From contig JBNJNM010000013.1 in assembly GCA_052426225.1 (NCBI GenBank), forward strand, positions 1,426,001 to 1,490,000: a stretch of DNA of 64,000 nucleotides, given 5' to 3'. The notes below the pieces were generated by a model. It did not search any database. It saw only the letters and a list, made by a program, of their open reading frames with translations, and was not told the DNA's origin. Shown piece after piece: positions 19,897 through 33,086 of the stretch (positions are counted from its first letter, which is position 1; each line of letters opens with the position of its first letter). The position numbers and the translations under genes are program-made. This DNA is from Zancudomyces culisetae HAW-14-8 (lineage: Eukaryota; Fungi; Kickxellomycota).

Positions 19897-22244
19897 ATTA
19901 GGTGCCATTTGCAGCCAGTATGACAACGAGGGACAACTCCACCCTGTTGCATACTACTCCCGGAAACTCCTGTCTGCTGAAGTGAATTATCAAATCTATG
20001 ATAAGGAACTGTTAGCAATTATCGACGCTTTTGCTCACTGGCGTCACTACCTTGAATTTTCTGAACACCCAACCGTTGTTATGACCGACCATAAAAACTT
20101 GGAATACTTCTCCACTACCAGAAATCTTAGTCGCCGCCAAGTCAGATGGTCAGAATACCTCAGTAACTTCAACTTTGTCATCAAGTACCGCCCTGGAAAA
20201 CAGAACACTGCCGCCGATGCTCTTTCTCGGAAAGACCAACCTTGGAAGGGGGGTGACTCCCGTACTGACCAAAACAAAATAACTTTGCTGCCTCCTGAAA
20301 TCTTCTTGAAGTCCATGACTAGTACACCTGTTGAACCTTTGTCCTCCACGCTCATGAACAACATCAAGTCACTACAACCCAAAGACACGTACTTTGGACC
20401 CATTTACACTGACTTATCCAAGAAACCTGATTCCCATGAAAAGTTCGCTCTTGTTGACAATCTTCTGCACTATGATGGACTAATCTGTATCCCCTCGGAC
20501 GACAACATCAAAAGAACTATCCTGATTGAATGCCATGATTCCCCTGCTGCCGGCTACTTTGGAAATGCAAAGACATACGAACTTGTATCTCGCAACTTTT
20601 ACTGGCCAACCATGAGAAAATATATCAAAGACTACATCTCTGGTTGCGATACCTGTCAACGCAACAAATCCTCTCGCCATAAACCATATGGCTACCTCGC
20701 TCCACTTCCCGTTCCTGATTCACCTTGGTCATCTGTTTCTGTCGACTTCATCACTCAGCTACCTCCATCCAATAACTTTACTGCAATCTGTGTATTTGTG
20801 GATCGCCTTACCAAGATGGCGCATTTTGTTCCCACAACCAATGAAATTGATGCTGAAGGTACTGCAGATCTGTTTATCCAACATGTCTTCTGCAAACATG
20901 GACTCCCTAACGACATCGTATCTGATAGAGGTTTAACCTTCAATTCATCATTCATGCGTACTCTAATGAAATCACTGAATATTGAACAGAAAATGTCCAC
21001 CGCATTCCATCCTCAGACAGATGAACAAACTGAACGCGTAAACTCAGTATTGGAACAGTATCTCAGGTGCTACATTGATTACCAACAAACTGATTGGTCA
21101 AAGTGGTTACCAATTGCCGAATTCGCCTACAACAACACATCTCATGCTTCTACTAAGACCACACCTTTCTACGCAAACTATGGCTTTCATCCACGCTTCT
21201 CAGTCACAATTCCTCGTACTCAAGTTTTAAATCCTGCTTCCTCTGATAGATCTAAACTACTATATGATATCCATCAAGAACTAAAATTTAACATCTCCCT
21301 TGCCCTTGAAGACCATGAGAAATACTACAACCGAAAAGTATCATCACAACCTGACTTCAACATTGGTGATCTTGTCTATCTCTCAACTAAAAACATCAGG
21401 ACTCAAAGACCAAGCAAGAAGCTTGACTATCGGAAACTTGGTCCATTCAAAGTATTGGAAAAGATTGGACAAAGATCATACAAACTCCAGCTACCACACA
21501 CAATGAAGATTCACCCAGTATTCCACGTCAATCTCCTTGAACCTTGTAAACCAGATCTGATCCCAGACAGACTATCAAAACCGCTTCCACCTGTGATCAT
21601 TGACGGTCAAGAAGAATATGAAGTTGAGAAAATCCTAGATAGTAAAATATTTGGTAGAACTGTCAAATACCTGGTACACTGGAAAGGATACCCAGACACT
21701 GAACGTACCTGGCAAACATATTCTGACTTAGCAAATGCAAAATATCTTGTCACTGAATTCCATCGTCACCATCCTGAAAAACCAAAGCCAACACAAATGC
21801 TTCACGGAGCTCAGCCTTAAGAGGGTAGGTCGTGTCATGAACTGATTCTAGAATGTTCGAAAACGTTCTAGAATCATCTGATTTTATTCCTCAGTAATGT
21901 TTAGAATGTTCTCCAACATTCTAGAACATTACCGAAAATTCACATTATTTATTAATTTTTCTTACGTAATAATTTTCACATGTTTAATTTTATTAGAATT
22001 TGAGTTTGATTTTTGTTTGATTACTAATCCAATTTGATTAGTAATCAAACACGTTTTTCTTTAGCTTGCATATTTAGCTATTCCGCAGTTTTCATAGTGA
22101 TTTTGTTCAAAAACCAAGGCTGGAAAAAAGTATAAAAAGGGTACAATTTTCCTGTCTTGGATTCAGTATCTAGTATCTTGTATACATTCATACAATAAAC
22201 ATTAATAATAATAAATATAACTTTCCAGACTCCAGATCTTGACA
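19897..22244 (+). mobile_element. 3' half of chromovirus family X (RNase H-integrase-chromodomain ORF 19982-21820 plus 3' LTR 21833-22244)
   Basis: Nearly identical to 50796-53140 inverted; begins mid-RNase H; carries substitutions AGHFG>AGYFG and TDGQTE>TDEQTE. Confidence 0.92.
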
Positions 22245-25200
22245 ATTCCATTCCATCCGTTTCCAAAACAACTCCCATACCTGTGGAGTTTGTAGATGGT
22301 ACTCCAATGTCTGCCGGTCCAATCACACACCAAACTGTCCCGCTCAAAATCAAGATTGGAGTTCACCAAGAAGTAGCCACGTTTGAAATCATAAACTCCT
22401 ACCATGTTGACATGATTTTAGGACTTCCGTGGCTTGAACTCCATGAACCCACTATCAATTGGAAGAAGAGATTAATTCATTTTGATAATGCATATTGCCA
22501 AAAACACTGCAACATCAAAAGGTTCTTAACTCAAAGATCCAATCCAACGATTATCAAGACTAATACTTCAGTCATGTCAAGACTAGCACCAGGACCAGGA
22601 CCAGGACCAGCACTAATTAGCCATAATAACCATAGCCAAGAAACCCAAAGTCAGGAAACTAACAACCAGGAAAACCATGTTAAAGATAACCACAGTCAGA
22701 CTATCCATTGCCAAAGTAACCACAGCCAGAAAAATTTAAACCAGGAGACTAACCACAGCCAGGAAAACCATAGCCAGGAAAATACTTACAATAGCCAGGA
22801 AAATACTGTCAATAGCCAGGAAAATACTAACCATAGCCAGGAAAATACTAACCATAGCCAGGAAAACTTAAACCAGGATTATCAGAACCAAGTACACAAC
22901 CAAGAAGTCATTGAGTCAGTTCAGGATCAAGAATCCACCTCATATTCTGAAAATGATGATAAAATTTCTGATCCAGAATATGAAACAGATTTAGATTATG
23001 AACTTGAATCAGTGTATTCGTTGGATTCTGAGCTGTACTACTCACCAAGTTCCGATATCAGCGACATCTCAATTCAAAGTGCCGACTCTGAAAATAGTAT
23101 TCAGAGTGCTGATATGGAAACTTTTGAAGAGTTACGCCCGATGACTCCACCACCAGCTGATCCGGTTGAACCAATTCGCAAACGTTCTTGTGATATTGAG
23201 TTTCAACAAAAGGTGCCTAACAAAAAGTTAAAACACTCTGTTTTTCATTTGATAGGCATGATAAACCAAGCCAAACCAATTTCACTACCTCCTGATTCCT
23301 TAACTACTACTATTCCAAGTAAATATCAAGACCTCAGCCAAGCTTTTGACAAACAAAAGGCCGATACTCTACATCCCCATCGCCCTTATGACTGCCCAAT
23401 TGATCTGTTACCCAATGCCGCCTTACCGTATGGACCGATTTATCCACTTGCACCAAAGGAGCGAACAGCGCTTAAGGAGTACATCGATGAAAATCTTGCA
23501 AAAGGTTTCATAGTCCGCTCTAAATCACCTGCTGGAGCCCCTGTATTTTTCACAGGTAAAAAAGATGGCTCTTTAAGACTAGTTGTGGACTACAGGGCTC
23601 TAAACAAAGTCGTCAAACGTAACCGGTATCCTTTACCGTTGATGACTGAGCTACTGGAACGAGCTCAATCTGCCAAAATCTTCATCAAACTTGATCTGCG
23701 TGGCGCGTACAATCTGGTACGCATAAGGAAAGGCGATGAAGAAAAAACCGCTTTCAGAACACAGTATGGTCAGTTTGAGTACAAAGTTATGCCATTCGGC
23801 CTGGCTAATGCTCCTGGAACCTTTCAATCATTTGTCAATGACGTTTTTCGTGATATCCTAGACGTCTATGTTGTCATATACCTTGATGACATTCTGGTAT
23901 TTTCTGCAACACCTGAAGAATATACTACCCAGGTTCGTACTGTTTTAGAAAGACTAATCGCTCACAAACTCTACGCCAAACTTGAAAAGTGTGAGTTTGA
24001 CCAAGAAATAGTAGAGTTTTTAGGCTTCATAATCACACCTGCAGGCCTAGTCATGGATCCGTCTCGAGTATCTGCAATATTGAATTGGGATACACCAAAA
24101 TCAGTCAAGGACATCCAATCCTTCCTTGGTTTTGTTAACTTCTATCGCCGTTTTATCCAAGACTTCTCACGTATTGTAACTCCGATTACCTCCTTACTCA
24201 AGAAAAATGCCCAGTTTATCTGGGGCTCAGCACAACAATCTGCGTTTGAAAATCTCAAGGAACAATGTACCACAGCTCCCGTTCTCTCACATCCTGACCC
24301 AGAAACCCAGTTTCTCCTCGAATGTGATGCATCCAACTTTGCTCTAGGAGCTGTGTTATCTCAGAAAATCAATGGTGAAACTCATCCTGTAGCTTTCTAT
24401 TCCCGAACGCTGAATCCTGCTGAAAGAAACTACCACATCTATGACAAGGAACTTCTAGCCATCAAATGTGTCCTCGAGCAGTGGCGACATCATCTAGAAG
24501 GTGCCTCTCATCCGGTTTTGGTTATCACCGACCACAAGAATCTTGAGTATTTCCGCTCCGCCAAGATTCTAAATCAGCGTCAAGCAAGATGGGCCCTGTT
24601 CCTAACCCGGTTTGATATCGAGCTTACTTACCGTCCAGGATCACAAAACGGTAAAGCAGATGCTCTATCTAGGAAGGATGAGCATAAGGAGGGGGTGAAT
24701 CTTGAAGATAGACCTATCTGGCAACCCAAGTTTGTAATTGCAGCTATTGACACAAGCCAGACTAGTGATATCATCTCTCAAATCAAAGCAATTACTGAAT
24801 CTGATACTCAAGCACAAGAACTTCTAAGAAATCCAAAAGTTAGCTACTCTGATAATATCTTATTGTACAACAATAGGATGTTTGTTCATGTATCACTACG
24901 TCTTCAAGTTCTTGCCATGTGTCATGACTCACTGCCAGCTGGTCATTTTGGTCACGCTAAAACCATGTCCTTGGTTTCACGTCAGTTCTGGTGGCCAAAG
25001 ATGAAGGCCACAATTAAAGACTACATCGACTCTTGCGATACCTGCAATCGAGCAAAACACATCACTACTAAGCCATCGGGACTCTTAATGCCATTGAATA
25101 CTCCCAATCGTCCTTGGGAATCAGTATCAATGGATTTCATTGTGGAACTACCACGTTCACAGGGCAACACTGTTGTACTGGTTGTTGTGGATCGTCTCAC

Positions 25201-25855
25201 CAAGATGGCTCATTTCATTCCACTCAAAAGTACACCATCTGCTTATGTTACTGCTTCTAGTTTTATGGATCATGTATTTAAACTACATGGACTTCCAAGT
25301 AGCATTATATCTGATCGTGGTTCACAGTTTGTATCCAAGTTTTGGACCGAACTCTCTCGACTTCTAAACATCAAACTTCATCACTCTACTGCATACCACC
25401 CACAATCTGATGGTCAGACAGAACGCATCAATCAAATACTTGAACAGTATTTGAGGTGTTTTGTTAACTATCAACAAGATAATTGGTGTCAGTTGCTTCC
25501 AATGGCTGAGTTTGCTTACAACAATGCAACTCACGCTAGTACCAAGGTTAGTCCATTTCATGCTAATTATGGGTATGATCCCCAGTTTATTATTAGCCAC
25601 CTCAATGATTCCAATGTACCAAGTGCTCAGATGTTTGCTAGTCATCTGCAAACTATTCAAACTGAGTTAAAACTACATCCAAGTAAGGCCAAGGAGAACT
25701 ACAAGAGGTTTGCTGATCGCAAAAGAAAGCCTCAAGTTGTTCTCACTCCTGGAGATAAGGTTTGGTTGTCTCAAACTAATCTTAAAACCATGAGACCATC
25801 TCAAAAATTGGAGTACAAATACATCGGACCATTTGAAATCATTGAGATGGTTTAC
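22245..25855 (+). mobile_element. Pol fragment of Ty3/gypsy family Y (ORF 22283-25915), cut in the protease and just after GPF
   Basis: ILGLPWL, IYLDD, CDAS, SMDF/SDRG/QTERIN, YIGPF; NHSQENT peptide repeats. Confidence 0.9.
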
Positions 25856-26634
25856 TGTTTTGATTACACATGTATCATATCATTATTTTATATTATTACA
25901 AATGTAATTTATTAATAAAATTGATTGTCAAGATCTGGAGTCTGGAGAGTTATATTTATTATTATTAAATTTAATTGTATGAATGTATACAAGATACTAG
26001 ATACTGAATCCAAGACATGAAAATTGTACCCTTTTTATACTTTTTTCCAGCCTTGGTTTTTGAACAAAATCACTATGAAAACTGCGGAATAGCTATAAAT
26101 GCAAGCTAAAGAAAAACATGTTAGATTACTAATCCAATTTGATTAGTAATCAAACAAAAATCAAACTCGAATGCTAATAAAATTAACACGTGAAATTTAT
26201 TACGTAAGAAAAATTAAGAAATAAAGTGAATTTTCGGTAATGTTCTAGAATGTTGCCCAACATTCTAAACATTACTGCGGAATAAAAACAGATGATTCTA
26301 GAACGTTTTCGAACATTCTAGAATCAGTTCATGACATTGATATTAATGTGTATATTTCTATTCATATTATTGTAATTTAATTATAATTATTATATTTAGT
26401 TTTAATACTGGGTTAGATTTATATTAATGTTTATAACAAAGTTAATAGATAAACGGTGATAAAATTTTATATATTGTAAATTAAGTTTGGCATCTCGTTT
26501 AATAACATTTTTATATTAAAACTAATAGTATATGTATTAGTGTATTTTTTAACTAGTAAATTATTAATGACTTTATTTATCAACTGTATAAATTAGTTTA
26601 TATGTATAAATAGTGTATATAATGGTATATAACA
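25856..26634. mobile_element. LTR related to 41428-41905, interrupted by a family X solo LTR
   Basis: TGTT.TGA.TACACATGTATCATA start and GGTAT.TAACA end shared with 41428-41905. Confidence 0.6.
25926..26336 (-). mobile_element. Solo LTR of family X
   Basis: TGTCA...TGACA, 5-bp TSD TTGAT. Confidence 0.93.
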
Positions 26635-27165
26635 AACAATAAGTTGTAATATCAAACTTATTGTAAAATTAAACAAATTAAACGGTTTAATCAAACGGGT
26701 ATTTTACACGACTGAAGAACAACGTCCATAGTCAAAAATACACAGAGGAATTTTAGGGGTTCATAGTCAAGAAACTATTTTACTTAGGTTGGTAAGCTTA
26801 ATGATTCAATGCTAAGATATAATGGTAATTGAATATTACTAAAAATTAGTTTAAAACTTATGGGTTAATATTGTGATTCTGACGTGTAAATATATGCCGA
26901 GAACATTGAGGCAATTTGCTTTTATTATATTGGTCTTTATGATAAAGTTTTATTAGTAATTGAAATTTAACTTTACATATACTCTTGTGGTTTTTATCTT
27001 ATAGTTATTTAAAAAACCACAAATCTATAAATTTGTATTTAACTTTTTTTTAAAATAATTTGTCAACAAGCATCGTTTATAATTAATAAAATTAATTTTA
27101 TGAATATATAAAATCGACTGGCAAAGTATATAATTATTTAATTTTTAAGTAAAATAATTTAATAT

Positions 27166-27552
27166 TGTCACGACTTGACACTAAGTACTATTTGTATTAA
27201 GTATGGCTATGATATATTTAATAAAATACTATGAGATGAAAAATAATATATTGCTAAAGTTTCCTAAAGCAATAAAATACTTGTCCTTATATAGCTTTAC
27301 ATTATACAAAATTATTGTAAAACATAATAATAACTATACTTATACTTCTGAAAACTAAAAATATTAACTGTCAACTCCACAGTTATCATTTAATAATATG
27401 GGTAAAACCAATTTATTAAAAATTATTTATTCTACTTCATATTTAATAATTTATCGAGTAAGAATTAAAGCGGAGAAAAATTAAATAAATTTAACATTTG
27501 CTAATTTAATTCATATTACAAAATGCATTAATGTCATGAATGGATCATGACA
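27166..27552. mobile_element. Solo LTR
   Basis: TGTCACGA...TCATGACA termini, 5-bp TSD AATAT. Confidence 0.85.
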
Positions 27553-27595
27553 AATATTTATATTATTTAGTATAAATTTTATTTAATAATCATAT

Positions 27596-30500
27596 TGTCA
27601 CAAATATACTTCCAATTTATTGCTTACGCTTTAGTATGTGCGAATTATTTAATCATTTCTATTCTACTAAAAGTATATTTATACTATTATCTTTATAACT
27701 TATTTGTTGTGAAATCTTATCTTTATTGATATATAAAATTCCTAATCAAGTCTAAACTTAATCATAAAACTGTAAAGTTTATATTTATACCTAGATTAAA
27801 TTGTTTAAGCTTTAAACCTGTCCAATAACGTATAAAAACCACTAAGGAGTAAAAACTACTATTATTGTACATAATTGTAAACATTAGTTGTCTCGCACGA
27901 CATTCCCCCACTTAAGTTAGATATCGTATCGGTTCTCTATATCGCCTAACTGTCGACCTCGCATTTCCACTTTGTATTTCCGGAATCATATTCGTAGCAC
28001 CGTGGTATAGTTTCAATTGATCGCCGTGTACGATATCTGTATATCCTTCCTTATCCGTAATGTAATAAGTTCCATTGTTACTTACTTCAGTTATTCTGTA
28101 TGGGCCTTCCCATACAGCATCAAATTTATTTACATTTGCCGAGATTCTTAACCAAACAAAATTGCCAATTTTGAATGAAAATTTTTTGCCTTCGTAGTAT
28201 TTTGAATTCCCAAATTCCTCAATTCTGGTATTGTGTCGTTTATTAATTTAATTCTTTCCAAAACTGCTTCTTCGTAATCATATACTTCACCGTTCGGTTT
28301 CCATGTATTAGGCATATCCAATTCGACGCCAAATAACAATTCAGCTGGGCTGTAGTTGGTATTTCTGTATTTCGTTACTCGTATCGCAAACATGGCTTTC
28401 CAAAGGTAACAATCCTGTTGTCTTTATCGCTTTCGCATATTTTCGCTAATATATTCTTAATTGCTCCATTTAACCTTTCGACTTGCCCGTTTGATTGTGG
28501 GCGATAGGCAGTTGTAGTTTTGTGGGTAATACCTAAAAAATTCATTACATTATCTAATATATTACTTGTAAAATTACTACCCCTATCACTGATAATATTT
28601 CTAGGGATCCCATAGTGTTGGATAATATCGTTCATGATAAAGTCCACTACCGTTTCTGTCTTAATATTTTCCACCGCTCTCGCAATAGGCCATTTGCTGA
28701 GGTAATCCACTGCGGTAAGTATATACCTGTTTCCACTTTTACTAGTAGGTGTAATAGGACCCACCGCATCGATGCCAAAAATGTCGAATACTTTAGTCGC
28801 CTTAATCGGGTGAAGTGGTTCCTTTCTACTTGTCGAGCCTTTGTATTTCTGACAAGTTATGCATTCACTAACTACCCTTTGTACTATATAGTATAGGCCT
28901 GCTCCTGCATACCTCTTCTTTACTGCTTCCCATGTGTTTGAAACACCTAAATGGGCTTCTTCGTGTATTTCGGTAATTTTACTTATTTCGTTTTCTTCGT
29001 TTAAAACTTTCAATAAAACATATTTTAAACTATTTCTGTATAACTTGTCGTTATTCAATTTGTATAATCTCGCTTGATTTCATAATTTTCTTCGAAATTC
29101 TTCGTCCGCATTGTTTGGGTACAACCCACTAGTTAAATAGTTATTAATAGCATTATACCTGAGAATTTCCAAGCTGTAAAGTTCGTGAGCCTTTAAACTG
29201 ATATCCTCTGTATTACTTGAACTGCGGTCGTCGATCGCTCTTGAAATGTAGTCCGCTTGGTTATCCTTGCCTTTCCTGTGTCGGATTTCAAAGTCGTATT
29301 CCGTTAATGCCATTATCCATCTGGCTAGTCTACCTGTGGGTTCTTTCGTTTTTATAATTGATGTAAGTGCTGAATGGTCAGTATATATTATAAACTTGTT
29401 ACCATATAAATAGTTTCTATAGTATTTAACAGCCCAAATAACTGCGAGTGCTTCAATATGTGTAGCACTATAATTTTTTTCTGCCTTTTTTAGTGATCTG
29501 CTAGCGAACGATAACGGTCTGTCGACACCTTCGATTACCTGTGATAAAATCGCACCCTAACCTAAGTAGCTTGCATCCGTAGTCAGTATAAACTCGTTTG
29601 TTAGATCCGAATGTGCTAGAACTGCATCCTTCAGTAGTTGATCTTTGAGTATCTTTGTTGCTGCCACTTGTTCTTCACCCCAGTACCAGGTAACATTCTT
29701 TTTCAAAAGTTTATATAGGCAGTTTGCAATCGTTGCAAAGTTTTCTATGAACCTTCGGTAATACCCAATAAACCCTAAAAAAGACTGTAATTCTTTAATA
29801 TTAGTAGGATCCTTTAGTTTGTTTACCAGTGCGAGCTTACTTGGATCAGCTGCCACCCCCTCCTTTGAAATTTGGTGGCCCAGATATGTAAGTTTTGTTA
29901 CACCAATTTACATTTAGATATTTTTAGTTTGATATTTGCGTCATTTAGTAATTTTAACACTTTCTCCAAGTCACTCAAGTGTGTAATAAAATCTTTACTA
30001 AATATTATTATATCATCAACAAATACACACGTAGATTTCCATAGCACTTCGGATAATACGGATTTCATAAGTCTCTGGAATGTGGCAGGACTGTTACACA
30101 GGCCGAAAGGCATCACGTTGTAACAGAATGTGCCCATTCCCGGTACTGCAAATGCTGTTTTTTGTACGTCTTCTTCGGCCATCTTCACTTGCCAAAACCC
30201 ACTGTATGCATCAAGGATTGTGAAATAGTGTGAGCCGCCTAGAGTATCGAGTACCTCTTCTATCAAAGGTAATGGATATAAATCCTTTTTCGTTATCCCA
30301 TTCAACTTTCGAAAGTCTGAGCATATTCGTAATTTTCCGTCTTTTTTCCATACTGTAACCAACGGGGAACACCATTCCGTTTTGCAAGGTTTAATTACTT
30401 TTTTTATTAACATCTTATTGATTTCTTCCTTAGCGAGATCCTTAAGTCGGTGTGGAATTCGGTACGGAACCTGTTTAATCGGTTTATGATCGCCAGTGTC

Positions 30501-32238
30501 AATGGTATGCTCGATAACATTTGTCTGGGTAAGTTCGCTTTCATCGTCTACAAATATTGAATTGTATTTTTCTACGAGCTTCGTAAGTTCGTAATGTTGA
30601 TAATCTTCCAAGTTACTGTTTATAATAGATTCGGTGTCCGGATTCGATATTTTTGGTGTTTTGCTAATAGTCTCCTTAGCGATTGCATATAGTTCCCATA
30701 CCTTGTACTCGTTGTCTGAGCTGTCTTCTTCTTCGCTTGAGCTATCCATTCTGTTGCATTCGACTACCTGTTGTTCTGTATAAAATGGTAATACTATATT
30801 ATTTGTTTCAATGGGTAAATTAAACATGTTTCTAGCTAAATCTATATTAACACTGTGTGATTTGCACCAGTCAGTTCCTAAAATAATCTCGTTTTTTCTA
30901 TTAGGCATAATTAAAGCATCAACAGTAAATATGTTATTTGCTATGTTTATAGGAAGTCCTAAAACTTTGCCCGTTATAGAATGTTTTTTTCCGTCTGCGG
31001 TGATAATAACGAGCTCCTTCTCAGTGCAAACAGGTAAGTCCAAAGATTCCACTAGTGTAGGTGAGATTACGGAACACGCTGCACCCGTATTAATAACTGC
31101 CCAGTGATCGATTCCATTTACTTTTATTCTGGCTCTGCAGTTTTTTGTATCCTGTACTTCATTTCTTAAATAGGTAGTATTAACTTCTTTTGCTGTTTCG
31201 CTGCATTTACATAGGTCGATCATCTCGGATCTGATTTCAGGCGATACTTGAATCAGTTGTGAGACGGTAATTCCAGCATCTGACTCAATCAGCTTGTTTT
31301 TAATCGAGTACGGTTTATCATACTTTGCAATCTTGGTTAACGGCTTGCTTCTTTGTAATTGCGGTATTTTAACAACTTTAGTGTCCTTTGAGTTCTTGGT
31401 AGGCTTCTTTTCTGATTTACTAACCATTTTGTATTCTCTCAAGTTAGGTCCAGGATTTGTAGCCGCGACTGGTTCGGTCTTGTTAGTTGATCTTGTTGCC
31501 ATCCTTGGTGTACTCCTAGCCATCACTATAATTTCGTCGACTGTCTTGGTTCTTTTAAAAGGATCTAAGTTAAAATCTACAATTTTTCTTTTTTCTGCTG
31601 CTAACACCTCATAATCGTCCACTTTATTTATTTTTTCAACCTCAATACAATCTAACTTTACATCATTTTCACTATCATAGTCTTCATCGTCGTGGCTGTC
31701 TCTGTAACGACAATCTCTAGCTCGATGTCCTCGCTTCAGACAATGGAAACAACTTCCGTTTCGCATCAACCCTTCTTTGTTTCGTTTGTAAGTGTCTTCA
31801 TCCTTACTGTTTTCTAGTTTTTTCATAACCTGTAGTACGTTTACGCTCAGTTTTTTAAACTGGTTAACTAGGTCATCATGTTCGGTTTTGTTAATTGTAA
31901 TCGGCGGTTTGGGGTCTTCAGTCTTGTAATGTGACTTATCTTTCCATTCTCTATTGTAGATACTCTGCTTGGCCTTCCTATTGCGTCTACCTTTTCAAAC
32001 TGTTCTTCTTCCAAAGCCAGATCCAATAAGTCGTACAACGAAGTGGACTTTGATTCCAACAGTTTACGGCGATTCCTGAGTCTGATTGCCATGATTTAAT
32101 ACTTGATTCTATCTGTTTCCAAAGTTACCTTTGCTTTATTAAACAGAGTCGTAAGCGTCTGATCGACCTCCATAATTCCTTCATCTGTTTGTCTGTAGCT
32201 CTGCAACTTCTTCCAGGCAATTAACTCATGCTCCTTAG
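27596..32238 (-). mobile_element. Degenerate non-chromodomain Ty3/gypsy element Z (B-related), 3' LTR 27596-27902, 5' end lost
   Basis: Fragmented gag-pol (ORFs 29898-31826, 29557-29856, 29080-29313, 28375-29058, 28148-28393), CFHCLKRGHRARDC, VFVDD, PPT GTGGGGGAA. Confidence 0.9.
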
Positions 32239-33086
32239 TGTTATAAACAATGAGCTGCTTATAACTGTGGACCGTGGATTTAGTTATGCTTGATTAATAT
32301 TTTATTAGGAGAAGTAAGTATTTAGAAAAATATAATATTAGATGTGAATTAAATATATATTTTTCTCTGATGTATCCCAACGAAATTTCGAAGGGTTTAT
32401 ATAATTTTTCATCAGAGAATTTTACTATGAAGAAAAACATAAAGTCAATAAATCTTAGCTATAATATTTGTCTATGTAAAATTATACTAGTTTAAGGTAC
32501 CTTACTTATCGTGAAACTTGTAATTTTCATTTGTTGATTTTAACATAGATATGGTTTATCAATTTTAACATAGATTTTGTTTATTGATTTTAACAATGAT
32601 TTTGTTTATTGATTTTATCATGGTTTTGTTTCTTGATTTTATCATGGTTTTGTTTATTGATTTTATCATGGTTTTGTTTATCGATTTTATCATGGTTTTT
32701 GTTTATCGATTTAACATTAATTTTATTTATCGATTTTATCATGGATTTTGTATATCGATTTTATCATGGATTTTGTATAACGATTTTAGCATGATTTTGT
32801 TTATCGATTTTAGCATTGATTTTGTTGATCAAATTTTTTCATGGATTTGGTTTATCCAATTTTTTTATAATTTTTGTTAAACTTAATTATTGGAAAATTT
32901 CTTGATTTTTCTTAGTAAATTTTCCCAATAATAAAATCAGAGAATTCATGGTGAATTTTGCAAACTCGATTCCAATGTCGGAATGGCAAATTAGAAAACC
33001 GGAAATGAAATAATAAAATATGTTAGATTTTTAGTAGGCCAAAATGTAACTACAAATTATGTTCCGGGAATTGGCCATTCTTAACA
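32239..33086 (-). mobile_element. Solo LTR related to the 852-bp LTR, joining two different elements in opposite orientation
   Basis: TGTTAT...TTAACA, clear similarity to 13706-14500; flanks CTTAG/ATCAA mismatch. Confidence 0.88.

Noticed and set aside
22100-22140. ENE-like motif in family X LTRs
   Set aside because: The U tracts are on the antisense strand, the outer stem is weak and it overlaps the TATA box.
19897-22244. RIP-type hypermutation of repeats
   Set aside because: Duplicated family X copies and LTR pairs remain nearly identical with open frames.
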